Shown here: positions 1 to 15,200 of the stretch, piece after piece
Position numbering within the stretch: position 1 is the stretch's first letter
How the letters are laid out: each line of letters opens with the position of its first letter
NCBI GenBank assembly: GCA_051294905.1
Contig: CM119378.1
Location: 2,916,001-2,980,000 of the forward strand
Source of the DNA: Botryllus schlosseri
Taxonomy: Eukaryota
Direction: 5' to 3'
Length of the DNA: 64,000 nt
Position numbers and translations under genes: made by a program
Notes under the pieces: generated by a model
Database searches by the model: none
What the model saw: only the letters and a program-made list of their open reading frames with translations
What the model was told of the DNA's origin: nothing

Positions 1-218
1 CTTGTACGTCACCTCGACTCTTCATTATACACACATGTAATAACGCCTAAACTTTCAATAATAGATACGTGTTATAAGACTCTGAAACATACATCGCTAT
101 TCCATTGACAAATTCATATCAATAACAAACTCATACATTATGATTGACGATAGAAGAAAACGTGTACTGTCCCACCCTAAAGCTGATACTGATAAATTGC
201 ATAGAAAGCAATCCTAGC

Positions 219-3200
219 TTAAGACAGTTCGAATCCTGTGTTATTAACGATGGCTTGCTTCAACTTTTCACGCAATATATCTTTGGAAGGATAGTTGGGA
301 AGCTTCAGAAGGTTGAAGCAAGTGGACGCGGTGGGTAGCCGATGTCTCTGACCGCTTTGCTTCTTAGACGAAATACCGAAGAAGCCTGAAATAGACATGA
401 AATGGTTTTATCTGACAAATTTTCTACCGAATGGGTCATGCGGAATTACACGAACAGCGTTAGTATGAACAACACTTGATATCCATTCAAGGGGTTATAT
501 CTGAATTATAGACAATTATTTTCATTTTCAACCAGCATAAGCCTGTCCTTTCCCTGCCAATATCTAAAGGTGGGCCAAGCAGTCATCGTCTCCACTCAAA
601 TAGACAAGGAAGTAACAAATTTTAAGACGTGACCAAATTGCCACAAGTGAATGTAAAAAATGAAGGCCTAAAATACTTTGATCGAGGGCTACTGTGAAAA
701 TTGCAGGTCGCATCTTCGTGACTAATCAAAAAAGATTGCGGACACTAAAAATAGGTTTAATTTTCGAAAATAAATTCATTAACTGGGTAAAGGGGTTATC
801 TTGCACAGTTGGCATGCCAATCACTCCCATAAAGGTGACGCGAACATACCCAAAACTTCTTTCTACCCCACAAACTCCAAAGTGCAAGAAGGAAATAGTT
901 TTGGCTGGAACTTCTTAATAGCAAATAGTGCAAAAACCAAAACCAATTTATGAAGTGGCGCCAGTAATGGGGTTATAAAATCTTGAGATCCGAAAAAGTG
1001 GAAACTTTTCAAAAATTTAACTAAAAACGGGTGATTCTGTGATTCAGAAATTTTTCGAGGAATAATATTGGGTTGACTAAGGAGGGCCATTTTCCGATCT
1101 TGCTTTAGAGATACCAGTTTTTTTTTAGCCAACCCTGCTGTTCAGTACGTCGTGCTTCAATTTTTGCAAGTATTTCAACACTTTTCCTAGAAAACGAGGA
1201 CAGATCCTCTTAAATGAGGGCATATAGTATCCCTAGTACTTCGTTACTGACTACTTCTGCTAAAAACCCACCTCTAATGACAGTTCCCACTGAATCGCCG
1301 GTATCATCATCATCGGCAACTTCCACACACCTGAACAAAACGAGCATGTTGATCCTTATGACTAATTCTCATAGGTTACTAAATTTAAGGAGGTCACACA
1401 CAAGTGTAGACTACCCCTCAAACATGATTACAATAGCCATATCTGTACACTGTACAACGATAATCATAAATATGCTGATAAGGAAGACAAATCAGATGTG
1501 ACAATGGATGAGTTTGAGCTGTGCCCGACATACATCAATCAGTCTTAACCATTTCAAGCATTAAAAACCTCTGCACGCACAATTCACATCAATCGTACCA
1601 CCCATACGATAAATTGTACATTCGAAGTGATCGAAAAACGTAAGAAGACCACGCAAAAAATGTTACGGAAGTTCAACTTCCTTATGAGTAATATTACGTC
1701 ATTACGTCATTTGTTCAGTTATTTTGGATGGATCAAAGTTACATTCAATTCCATCTTAAAAACAGATTAGCACAAACATTGCACACACACAGAGTTGACA
1801 ACTAGAAAATTTTCAGATTTCTCAAATTCGCTCGGAATTAGATTTATAGCTACATAGTTTTCTCCAAATTAGACTAGAATAGAGTTACTGAATTCGCAAT
1901 AAACTTGGAAATTGAATAAAATTCCACATTAGAAATACAACAAAAATTAAGTTCTGTTCATTTCAAATCAGAGTCCATTATCATAAGCGTGAATATGGTG
2001 AATGTCCGTGCTTGTAAATTATGGCTCTTCAAAAAAATTTTTTTTTCTTAAATCGCACTGGCTACTTGATAAAATTGTTAGGTTACCTAATTTAAGCCTA
2101 CACACCAAATTTGGTTCAATTCCAACGAGTAGCCGCATTGCTACCGGAGAAGAAAGTTTCTATTTATTATATAAAAATAAATAACAAAAAATTTGAAAAT
2201 TTTCTGTTCACCCCATGAAAGTGTTAGGTTGTCTATAGAAACGATGTTCACCAAATTTGGTTCAATTCCAACCAGTGGAAGCGGAGTTATCGCCGTCGAA
2301 AAATTTGGATTATGAATAAAATAGTATTTACTGTGAGGTGCCCAATTCTGTAATTATTTATTATAGCGGTGCCCACTGTAAATACTATTTTATTCAAATC
2401 CAAATTTTTTTAGTTAGATTACTAGAATTAGAATTATATAGCTGTCCATTCTGTATATACAAATTGCTGAGTGCTGAGCATCAAGACCAGGAGACCTCAA
2501 AGATCTATGAAATTTTATACATTCCAGTTTATAACCTGATTGAGAATGGCGGCTCCAAGTACGTGAAGCCGAGAATCGGAGGCCGGGAGCATGAAGTAAC
2601 GAATTTCAAGAAAGCGGCTCGCTGTTGAGGCGTATAATCTCTCTCCAGCACGTCCCACAGCCATTTCACGACACGGTGTGACGAATGGAAGCCCCCGTAG
2701 TATGTCGTGTTTCTCCTGTGGGGAAGTAACGATTTTGAAAGCCGCCGGTTTAGGTATATTGTAATGGAAGCATGATATCGCCTAATGAGGTCCTGGCATA
2801 ACTGAATTACACTAAAGAATATGTTTGTGTCTGTATGTCTTATGATAGACTCTCCTTATGAGCGAATGTAAGTACACAAAGATGGTGGTTGTAGATGGAT
2901 TCATTGATTTGTCACACCAGCAAAATTCCAGTAGGGACCAGGCGATAAAGTGGATCTGGGTTGTCTTAAAGTACAGTCGACACCCACAGTACTGCATATT
3001 CTTAGCATTTACAATTCAAAGTTCATAAACAAGTTCATAAACAAGAGACCAGACAACACAAATATACCGATAAAATATTCCATATATGTAGGGCAAGTTT
3101 TTGTTGCAGTTAATCCGTGGACAGTTGCATCACATTTTGCTCGATTGACTAAAAAAAAAAAGTCACATTTCCGGCTCAGCTCCCGAAATACCCGCAAGAG

Positions 3201-6200
3201 CGTTGCTTCAGTGCAGATTTACTGTACTTCAGTCGAATTTGGCCATGTATTTCACCAAAATCAACAATACTTTCATGAAAAATCGAAAAAGTTGCAAGAT
3301 GTTTCAAAAAGTTGCATGATAAAAATGGACAGAAGTTGCAAAAAGTTGCACTATAAGATTCCTTCAAACAGCTTAAAACAACATTCTACATATCTTACGA
3401 GCATTTAGGAAGCTGCCGAAAGCTGTAAAAAAAGTTGCAAAAACTTGCCCTAGTTATATGTTGTCCATCGTGTTCAATGAATACCAGAGTTTCATCTCAA
3501 TAGTATTCTCATATTGAAATGAACCCGAATATTTTCGGCTGACACTCGTCAGGGGTAATCGTCAGCAACTAGTAGAGAATTGGAAAGCACATTGTACATC
3601 AACAATCGTATCACCAGCGTTTCATCTCCAAGACTCCAATAGCAGTTTCTATTGCAACTTCAGAAATCACAAGTCGAAGGCCAATGTTATGAAATAATTG
3701 ACAGTTATTATTAATAATAATTATTCCGTAACCTTAGCCTTCGATTCACTATTTCTGAAATTCCAAAAAATAGAAGCTCCTAATGGAGTCTAAAATAGTG
3801 GGCCTGCAGCTGGAATAATAAACCAGAGCGTTACGTGATAATCCTGTACACCTCAACAAGCATATATATGAAAACTAAGCTGCGAGTGGGGCCGAACATA
3901 TTTACATTTCAAGTTTTCATTCACATCGTACTGACCTCAGGTCCGTCAGATCCAAGTCCACGTTATCCCCGGAAATAAGTCTCTGCAGTTCCGGCGCGGA
4001 AAACATGGAAGTCCATCGCTTCTGTACGATCGAACGAAAGCCGGAAATGAACGCCCGCGTTTGGTCCTTGATTTGCGTGTGCAGACGATAATGCGCCAAC
4101 TTGTGAATGTATGTTATTCTGAAACGATGAAAAAGAGATAGCCGCATGTGCTGTTTGCCTCGAGTTATCACTGCCAATTTGCGTTCCACAAAATATTTCG
4201 TGGGTTCATCACTAGGTCTGAGCATGACTTAGGGGTACATAATAATTAGAGTTGACTATTCATTGTAATGATTCGAGTAATGTGTTATAAGTGCGTTATT
4301 TCGAGTATCAATATTTTTGACTAAGAGCTGTTTTATTAACAGGAATTATCATCTCGACACTCTCCTACCGTCGTTGAAGCTCTTATATTGGCTTTATCTC
4401 ATATAAACACATGCAGTCTGAGACTAGGAAAGTTCTTAAACAACCTTTTCGTGTACCAATGTTATGAAAAAGAGCGATAGCTCTAACTATAGTTAATAAA
4501 TATAGAATTAATGCTTTTGGAACAAGGCAAAAACTTTAACTTTGCTAAGAATTCTTATTATGTATCATATCACAATATATGCTACTAGAATACCGGTATT
4601 CAATCAAAGTTTGATGCTCGATTTAGAATCGAAACTTCAGTGAAATCCTCAATTTCACCTAGCCGCAATTATTATTAGTATGGCTTTGAAGATACAGACA
4701 CAAAATGGAAGTATAATCACACGAATAAGAAGGCATCTATTTATGTCGAGACTAAATTCAGATTTCTGATAAACTTAAAAACCTGTTCTGATTGGTCACT
4801 GGGATCGACATGCCACCCGGTTCCAGCTCTCTCGTTTCCAAGCGGCCGAGCACGTCCTCCTCATAGGTAAAAGTCAGTTCAAGATCGGAAATATCACCGT
4901 CGTAACGTTTGATCCAAGTCAGGTTCTTGTAAAATTCTGCGTCCAACGAGGGCAGCTCGTCCAAAGGACTGCGCAAAATGTGTTACAGTGTTCATTCATT
5001 TGCGAAATAACGAGTGTTATATATCATCGAAGTGAGTGTCACTATATATGCAGCAGTATTTCTATTTGGATCCTTTTCCCTTTACGTTTTATGGAGCGCT
5101 AAGTTCGAGAATCAATTAAGCTTTTCGTATCATCGACACTTTTCCATTTACCGCCCTCGTTTTTTCTGACATAGCAATGAAAACTACCTAGTTTCAAAAG
5201 TGTTCGTTCGAAGGTATTTAGACCTACTAAAAATCAAATACTTATTACTACGACGAGTCAGGAACGAACCCTTTGAAGCCATCTTTTATATGACATATTA
5301 CTTTCCAATTTACCTACAGACAAAATTACGCTAGAAAGACTTGAAATTAATGATCGTTTTGAAAACTATGAGCTGAGCCTGGTTTCGACTCATAATTCCA
5401 TTTGATGGGGGAATAGATTTACAGCTCAGCATCACCAGCTTTGGACAGTTTAACTTTCAGCAACGTACCTACTCTATTTCATTGGCATTACTGTAGCATG
5501 CCGTTACATCGCATACATTGCACTGACCTTGTCCCTAAACTGAACCCAAGCTATTATAGTCACTATTATGACACTCGCTTTTTATCCTAGACGTCTAGCA
5601 CGATATATGTCCTTCCTTCAAACATCATCTGAATACAAAGACAAGAAGGTTGTACCTGTAAAGCATGCTGTGTTGTTGCTGCAAATGGCGTAGAAAGAAT
5701 GTAGCAAAGGGCACGTCGACGACTATCCCTTCGTAGACGGCTTTGCCAAGAATTCTGCCGACAAAATTCAGAAGTTGCAGGTGATTGTCCTGAAACGAAA
5801 ATAAGAATCACCAGTCAAATTCTCAGTGTGAACTCTTTAAAATCGGAGTTTAGATAATTTTAGACACGCCGAGGACTCGGCACGAGATGCCGTAATTTTC
5901 CAAGTATAGTACGCCCCCATGTATAATACGCACCCTTAAAATGGCATGCAAATTCTGGGAAAAAGCCTGTACCCATGCATAGTACGCACCCTGCATTTGC
6001 AGTACATGAATAGCTGTGTTTTAGTACACGATGGTGTTCTGTGTTGCGATGTCACTGTCGAACAATCATGACATAACCATCGCTAATCATTATGCAAGTA
6101 ACGGCATTGTCTCTAAACGATAGTAGAGAGCAGCCAAAGCCTGCGAGGCTGGCGACGCGATAGTTCGGGCCAGCGACACGACGTCTTGCGTACGAGGCCT

Positions 6201-9200
6201 ATTACAGATGCGATTGCTAATCATTATACAAGTTAAGGTATTGCCTCTATACAATAGTAGATAGTAGCCAAAGCCTGCGAGGCCGGCGACGCGACACCTT
6301 GCGCACGAGGTCAGATGCGATTGCTCAGACCAGCGGTTATGTCGTGCACACCACGCCTGTTGGAGGTGCGACTGATTACGCAAGCGATTATATTTTGCGC
6401 ACATGGCCTGTCGATGAATTAGCGATGATTGCCGCGCGGGCGCGTTCAGCAATCAATGAATGACCTAATTTCGCTCGCGTGCAAACGGCAAACCAACTCA
6501 GCAGGAGATTGCGTGCTGTGCAGACGACTCTCGTTAATTGGCGAAACGTTTTTTGCTATTTGGTAGCGCGTTACACTGATAATACGAATTACTGGGCACG
6601 ATGGCTGAAAGTGATGCGCGATTGGAAACAAACATGAAGAAAGGTGTGATTTCAAGTTTTTTATCGAGGGAGATTTTTTTCAAGCGTGTTGTTCCCATGT
6701 ATAATACGCACCCCCCGATTTAAGGGCAAAAAAATCGTGAAAATTTTGCGGATTATACAAGGAAAATTACGGTAATTTACCTGCAAATATGAAGTGGGCG
6801 AAGGGTATAGCTTGCCATCCTCCTCCGTGGTCACCTTTAATAGCAAAGTGATCGAGTCATAATTGTGATCTGATAATGCAACTAAAATTGCGAATGGACA
6901 ATCGTGAACCAATCACTATCCATAAATAACGGCGGCTCTACCTTAAACAGATTCATATCGGGATTGAACACTTTCTTGATAATTTCCTCCAAAAATTCCT
7001 TGAAAACACCGTCCTGGTCAATTCCGGCTTCGTCCAGTCCCAAGTCGTTTATGAATTTCACTCGAATAGTGCCCTGAAACACAATGAAATGAATACAGCC
7101 ATGAGTTCGTAGGATAATCTGAAGAGGTTCTTGGAGGTACAGAACTTCAATATACAATTGAATAATTTACTCATACTGAAGTAGTCCTGAATATTTTCGG
7201 CAGACACTAGTCAGGGGTAATCGTCAGCAACTAGCAAAGAATTGAAGAGAACTCTGTATATCAACAATCGTATCACAAAATATGACGTCACCAGCATGAA
7301 AATCCAAACAATCGAGACAACCTCAAAGAAAAATGTTTAAGAATAAACTAGTATCACACGTTTAGGAAAATTTCCACAAAACAATAATCCAATCGATTAG
7401 GGACTAGCTATTCGGACGCACTCGATAATTTATTCACATCGAGACATATTCAGGTGAGGTATAAGTAAAACGTTTCATAAATTCAAGAAATCATCTGACC
7501 TTCAGCCTTGTTGTCGTCATTGAACTCAATTTTTCAAATCCGTCTTCCAGCAATCTGCTTCTTCTCACAGTGATATGTGTGGTGGGGCCGTCTCCTAGAA
7601 AGCAAGATGAACGATTCCATTAAAAATATTCGATGCCTTTTCTATTCATTTCTAAGGTGCATACTGCGTACACACTTCTTGGCTTGTAAGTTGATAATAT
7701 ATAATATTGTAACGTCAATACCGCTGTATAATATTACTGCTCGAAAACAATCAAACAACACATTCTCTTCTGATATTCTCAAAGATAACACAGAACAGGT
7801 TCAAGAATTATCCTTCACTTTCATTTGTTAAAAGCCAGCAAGGCATCTAGCATGGTAACACTGGTGCTGCTGTTTATAAAAGGACACTGATTTCAATAAT
7901 ATCCAAAAGCTACTATAAAAAGACTCTTGGAGGTTCAGAACTTATATGTAATTACACACTATATTCATATTGTAATAAACCCAAATACTTTTTGGCTCAC
8001 ACTCTCAGCGGTAATCGTTAGCAACTAGTGGAGTGTTAGTTGAAACTATTAGGTCTTACATCGTTATGAGCATATTATTCAAAAACTACTTTCTATTTGA
8101 TCAAACTAGAGTGATTTGGCTACAAAAATGCAGAATTCATAAGCCAAATCATTCCAGAGAGCATTAAAAGTGACTTAGAAGCAGTAGAACCAAAAGAAGT
8201 AGTCCTGCTGCTGCAAATCAGTGATTAAATAGGGCAGCAGTGGGCATTTTGCAAAAATCACATTGTATCGTGACCATTCCTAGCAGTCTTACCCACTAAT
8301 TCTTTATCCGCAGTAACCAGCGACCGAAAATAAATCACTCTGTCTTTATGCGGGATCACGAACGGAATTTTTTCGATCACACTCGAGCCCCTGGGCGTCA
8401 TTTTCTCAATTTCCGAACGAATCGTGTTTGGCTTTACGTCTCTGCAAAATCAACCTGGATTCGCCTACAATACCAATTACCAAAAGAGACAAACTTTCTA
8501 CCTGCAGATCCAATGGTCAACAGGGGTGAAAGGTCGTCTAGCGTCGCGGTCATGCAGCATCAGTAACAGAGTGAGTGCTGACTCGAAAACCTCTCGAATT
8601 TGGTGATTCGAATCTAAAAGATTGCCGACAATTTCAGACGGTAACAGCAGACGCAAAATATTCAGCTTTTCCAAATTCGATCGAAATCAGAATTATGGCT
8701 ACAGATTTTACAAATTAGAACGAAACACAATAAAATCAAATGAAGTTCATACCAAATTAGAGCAAACGTCTGTACACCAAGCTTGGCTCATTTCACACTT
8801 AACACAGTTTTATTGTCTCAGAAATTTGATAAGCATTGAACTAGAGCAGAGAAGCATTTCATAAACTAGATAATAATTAAATAAGCTACATTTGGACAAA
8901 ATTAGTCTTAACAGCCAAATAGAATTATTCAGTTCTCAAAGTATTTCATGAGGACGGATTTATAGTCGTGAATTTACAAACATACATCGACTGGCTGTCG
9001 AGTCGCTAGCCCGAAAATTCTTGAATACCTGTGATTTTCTGATCCCAAATGACGCGGAAGACAAACTTTTGCAGAGATTCCGATATCGTGACGAGCTCTT
9101 CCAAGTGGAATGGAATTTGCTCCTCGTAAAATTCGATGTCGTCCAAGATTCTGTGAAACACACCTTCCATTGCGTATCTCAACTGCGTACAGACTATTCT

Positions 9201-12200
9201 TAACTCCATAAATACTCAGACAATTGGATAATTCTAGTTGTGTAATAATACCACTTAAAACGAAACGTCAGCAATGTATTTCTAACCTAATTAGTAAAAC
9301 GTTTCTACGCTCCAATTTTAATTCTAGTCCAATTTTCGCTTTTCCTGAAAAAGCTACAGGAGTTGTTCAAAAATAACTTTTTTCTCAAAATTTCACTTGT
9401 TATTTGATAACATTGTAACGCTAACGCTGCACGCCAAATTTGGCTTAATTCCAACCTGTAGAAGCTATTAGAGTTAGAATTTATTTTTAAAAAATTTTTT
9501 TTTCACATTTAACTGGGTATGCCTTGAAATTGTAAAAATATCCAAAAATAATGGTATACATCATATTTGGCTTAATTCCATCAGGCAGAAGCAAAATCAT
9601 TGGTGTGGAAAGTTTTGGATTTAAAATAATAGTATTTACGGTGGGTGGTTCTAAAATTAATTCTGAAAGAATTTCACAACATCCAATAGTTCGCTTTTAA
9701 CGGTTTGATTTGAGCCAAATCTGGTGTTTTTTAACAACCCTCCTGTATAGTGCGGAGCGAGCCAAGCTAAGTGTACAGACATTTGACATTGACACTGAGC
9801 CATCACTTTGTTTTATCACTTTCTAATAGGGAATTAAATTCGATTCCAAAGTCTTTGCGTCATTCAAATTCTAATGTAGACCTAATTTGGAAAGGCTGAA
9901 AATTTTCTAGCACGGCAAACTTACGACAAAATATGTGCGGTCATGTCACAGAACAAGGTGAAGACAGCAAAGTACGGCTCCGCCACTTCCAGAGGAAGTG
10001 TGAGGGCGGACAGGAAAAGTTTCAAGCCACCAGACGTCCCGAGCTCGCAAATGAACCGCCACAGACGGCCGAGAACTTCGTCCATGAACGTCAAACCTTG
10101 AAATAGTATATATTTAACATTAGGAATCATGTTGCAATGCTGCAGTTAGGGTTGGTACAATAGACTGAAGAGAGTGGTACATTACTACCTGGCCGCAGAA
10201 ATATTGATACCGGAAATGGTTGCACGGCAGTTGTGCGCGAGACTAGCCTCAAAACTAACCCTATCGTCCAGATTAACCCATAACCAAGCCAAAACTTTGT
10301 GCCAGGGTTGTAACCAAGTCACAAGGCTCTGAGTCACAAGTCAATCTCACTTTTATAATTTTGACTTGAGTCATTTTCAATTCATCATCGAGTCAAGTCC
10401 GAGTCACGATATTATGACTCGAGTCCATGTCCAAGTCATTGTGTTGACTGCTCGGTAAACCAGTAAACAAAATCCCAATAGTGTGGTAACTTTACTATTC
10501 TCAGAAATTACAATGAAATGTCGGACTTGGCCGTCTGGGTCTCGAGTCATATGACTTGGTTCGAGTCCAAGTCGAGTCAATACAAAAATCGACTCGAGTC
10601 GAGTCATTTCCGTATTTTGAGAAAATGACTCGAGTCAAGTCGAGTCATCAGAAAATCGTGACTCGAGTCGAGTCATAACTCTGGTCATTACAACCCTGCT
10701 TTAAGCCCCATGCTCAAATATGGCATGCCCAAGTGGCGCACGCGATTGGTATAACTTTGAAAAATATGTTCGTTACGGTTGTTTAAAAATAACATTTTTC
10801 CCGGATTCCAGAGATTCACTGACTAAATTGTTAGGTTGCCTAAAATAAAACGCTGAACACTAAATTTAGCTTGATTCCAACTGGAAATTTTGAATTTATT
10901 ATTAAAAAATGAAACTGCTAAGTTGTCTAAAAGAACGATGCTTACCAATTTTCGCTGACTTCCAACAGGTAGAAGCAAAGTAATCGCAGTTGAAAGTTAC
11001 TTGAGTATTTTGAAAAAGTAGAAGTTTGCCTCTACTCCGAGTCACAGAAGACAATACAGCAAACAACTGATGTCGCCGAGAAAATTTCATGGCTACAACG
11101 ATGGTGATATGCAAGCTTACCTGTCAGCATTTCCAACTGCAGCTGCTTTGTGACGACGCTCAGCAACCGCCTGAACATGAGACAGGCCGACGTCGTGTTC
11201 TTCACTTCGTCGTATTCCAGTTTTCGGCCGCCGGTCTGCTGTATCGCGACTCTCGGCTTGGACAAGGTGAACTTCTTCAAGTACGACGAAACGCGATCGC
11301 TCACTGAAAAAGGATCGACGAACAATATAAAGAAAGGTCACAGGTCAATCTAAAACAGAGCATCGTAACCTCACTCTTACTCAAATCAGTAGGCCTTCAG
11401 CAAGCCCCTAATTATAGTGTAATAGCAAAAAAAAATCGACCACATTACAAATTAAACACCTTACTAAATAATAATGGTGCTACAAAATCAACTGTGCAAA
11501 AATTTTCAATAAATAATGAATAGGCCTATTTACTGAACACCAGGGTCGCAACCAAGTCACAAGTCACAAGTCAATCTCACTTTTATAGTTTTGACTCGAG
11601 TCAAGTCGAATCATTTTCAAGTCACCACCGACTCAAGTCCAAGTCATAGTGTTGTGACTCGAGTCTGAGTCCAAGTCATTGCGTTCACTGTTAAGTTTTC
11701 AGTTCTATCCGGTTCAACAAACTTTTTCAACTCTGCTCGAGTGATATAGGATGGCTCGCATAATATCGTAATTTGCCTCGATGCTAACAATTTCTGGCCC
11801 TATTTTCCTATGAAATGTCCAAGTCTCGAGTGGTATGACTTGGTTCCAGTCATGCACAATGACTCGAGTACAAATTGAGTCAATACATAAATTGACTCGA
11901 GTCAAATCGTTTTACGCTTTCGAAAAAATGACTCGAGTCAAGTCAAGTCGAGTCACCGAAAAAATCCGAAAGACAAATACTACCGAAATTCTTACATTTT
12001 ACTTTCTGCACTGTCTTCGTCACCAGCTGCTCCGCTTGAGCGGGCGTCACGTCTTCAGAGTGCAACGACTTCAGGTTTAGAACGTCTCGAAAAACAGCTC
12101 TAAGTAAAGAAGGGTTCCAAAAGAATCCAAGTTGCGCTCTGACAAAGTTCATCGTGACGTTCTGCCTGTAAATACCAAATCTGGCGAGTCTAGTAAATCA

Positions 12201-15200
12201 AACTGACAAGGCACAATAGTTTAAACAGGGTATCTGGACGTATGAGCATTAGGGGCCTGCAATAACTCCACTTTTACTGGTTGGAATTGAGCCAAATTTG
12301 GTGAGCATCGTTTCTATGGACAACCTAACAATTTCATGGGGTGAACAGAAAATTTCTAGAAACATTTTTTATTTATTTTTCACACAATAAATTCAAAGCT
12401 TTCTTCTCTTGTAGCAATGACTTGAACCAAATTCGATGTGCAGAGTATTTTTTAGCCAACCTAACAATTTTATCAAGTAGCCAGTGAGATTTGAAAAAAA
12501 AAGTTATTTTTAACACCTTTATATGCATCAGTGAAAGTAGGATCCTATAATTCCACAGAACAAACCATACCCGTTATCTGACGAATTGAAAAATCCCAAA
12601 ACAGGATGCCAAGTGCTGGAAGACAATTTTCGATGGCACGTGTGTTCCACGAGATATTGCAAAAACTGATTCATCATTCTCTTAAAAGAATCCAATCACA
12701 CATCAAACACAGCAGCATTTTTACTATAAATGATTGAAACTCACCACAAAACTAGTATTTCTTCTCTCCAAAACTTTTACATCGATGACGGCAAGTTGAA
12801 CCAAGTTAGTGACCGTCGAGAGGATGTCGATTACAGTGTTCGATGAGTCATACCGTTTTTCAAATAAAAGTAATAAACTGCATCGATTCCCGCCGTCCAT
12901 GATATCCAGTAATTTTTCAAATATGCATAACTTGGAAATCATTAGGATAAGCTGAAACAGGGCAGAGATTTTAATGCAGGTTGAATATTTATCATGGTCA
13001 ATTTTCACAATGGCAATAATACCACAGAATTTACAACTGAATAATGTGCGGTATTCATATTGAAATACAATGCTGATTGGTAATACGTAATTTGCGATAC
13101 GATTGTTGATGTACAATGTTTTTTCCCCTTATCTACTAGTTGCTGATGATTACCACCAACTAGTGTCAGCCGAAAATATTCAGGTTCATTTCAATATCAA
13201 TATACTATTCAGAATTCAGTAGTTTATTGAAGCTCTGTACCTCCAAGAAGCTCTTGAAATAAACCTGAATATTTTGACACTCATTCGGGGTAATCGTAGC
13301 GGCTAGTAGAGGATTGAGAACAACATTGTATATCAACAATTGTATCACCAAATATGATGCCGTCTGCTTGAAAATTCGAATAACTGAGGCGAACAGATGG
13401 CTTAACGATGATGCACTATTTTACAGTAACGCCTTCTGCTGGCACAAACTAGGTTGGCGGATTTTTCATAGTAGTTGACTCCAAGGCACACAATTCATGA
13501 CAATATTCCATGCACAATTGTGGGTATACCTGCGCAGATGCCTTGTTAATGTGCCAAATCAGCGCCGGTACAGACATTATGTATTTCAGCATTGATATCA
13601 GCATATCGTCCTTCAATCCGGAAGCTATTATCGGCCTGAAACAAGTAACATTCGATTAAGAAAATTGACATAACCAACAAAAGGACATGATCATGGCCAT
13701 TGCTTATGAGTGACAAAATATCTTGTTTGATGGGAATAAAGTTGATTTGTCTAGCTTTGTGAGAGAGCGAGCTTGACCAATGACCATATACCTATACAGC
13801 GTACTTCCGCTACAGACTGAATTGGTCAAGTTTTACGACAACTTCTACTCCCAATGTACCAGTTTCTGAATTCAAACTATTCACTATCCACTTTTCACAT
13901 TTTGTGTCTTGTCAAGTAAAATGTTACGATTAAGTAGCACGAAGCAATTTCAAGAGCAAAATTATATTAAACAGGTTGATTGAGACATGGTATCACAGTA
14001 ACAGGACATAATTTCACGTTAATTTGTAGCCTCGTCAATCAATCTGACTAGCTCGCGAATTTTCAAAGCAATCACATCCATTTGATTAACAAACACTTGT
14101 CTTAATCTGCCTACTTCCTAAAACTACTATTTGAGAATATTTCAGAAAAAACAATTTTTATTTCTACTAATATTCGAGGCAAATCTTGAAATTAGATAAT
14201 TTTAACTGTATTTAGTAGAAATTCACGGCACGGGGCCTAGCAATGAGTAATAATGAAGTTGGGTGTTTTGAGAAAATATTTTCAGTGGTGAATGGATCAA
14301 AACGTAAAAAACCACTACCATTCATACATAGATGGTACACCAAGAAGAACTGGAATAAACATCATAAAACTATATCTTACATGGTACTGAATATACTAAA
14401 ATTCAACAGCAGACATCTCACCGAAGAACCATTGTGAAAGACGCGAGAACCATCGTATCATCTTTGGCTTCGTGACTTGACGAAAGCCTTTTTTGTAAAA
14501 GAGATCCCAACACTTGCATAGAACCGTTCGAGTAAAGATCAATCGCGACGCCGTTTGTTATTTGGCATAATATCGGAGATAAAGCAGGCTGTCTCTGTAA
14601 CGAGATAATGGTAGGATTCAGTAGTCGTTTGCTTTACAAAATGATGCAAAGCTTGACAGTAACATTTGAACGCAGGGTTGTAACCAAGTCACAAGGCTCC
14701 GAGTCACAAGTCAATCTCACTTTTATAGTTTTGACTCGACTCAATTTACCACCGAGTTAAGTCCGAGTCCAAGTCAGCGAGCAGAGGGTCGAGTCCGAGT
14801 CATGGTATTATGACTCGAGTCTTGTTTAGCCCACTTTTTATAACTGATGGTGATATCGAATGGTTCGCATTTATAATATACTAATTTTTCTCACTTTTTA
14901 CAGTTTCCGGTCACATTTTAAGTACCTCAAGAATAGATGAAATACCAATATGGTGGTTACTTTACTATTCTTCGAAATTACAATGAAATGTCAGTCTTGG
15001 CCGCCAGACTCGAGTCATATGACTTGGTCCGAGTCATGCGCAATGCCTTGAGTCCAAATCGAGTCATTACACAGATTGACTCGAGTCGAGTCATTACAAC
15101 CATGTTTGAACGTATAGATCAGTTGTTCTCATAAGATAGGGAACATTTATGCAATTATGCTAATCAACAAATCTTCGGGAACCCCAAATTTGTTGTTGAG

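Noticed and set aside
2950..3408. 152-aa plus-strand ORF
   Set aside because: Lies in a UBE3B intron over AAAAAGTTGCA-rich repeat sequence and is not protein-like.
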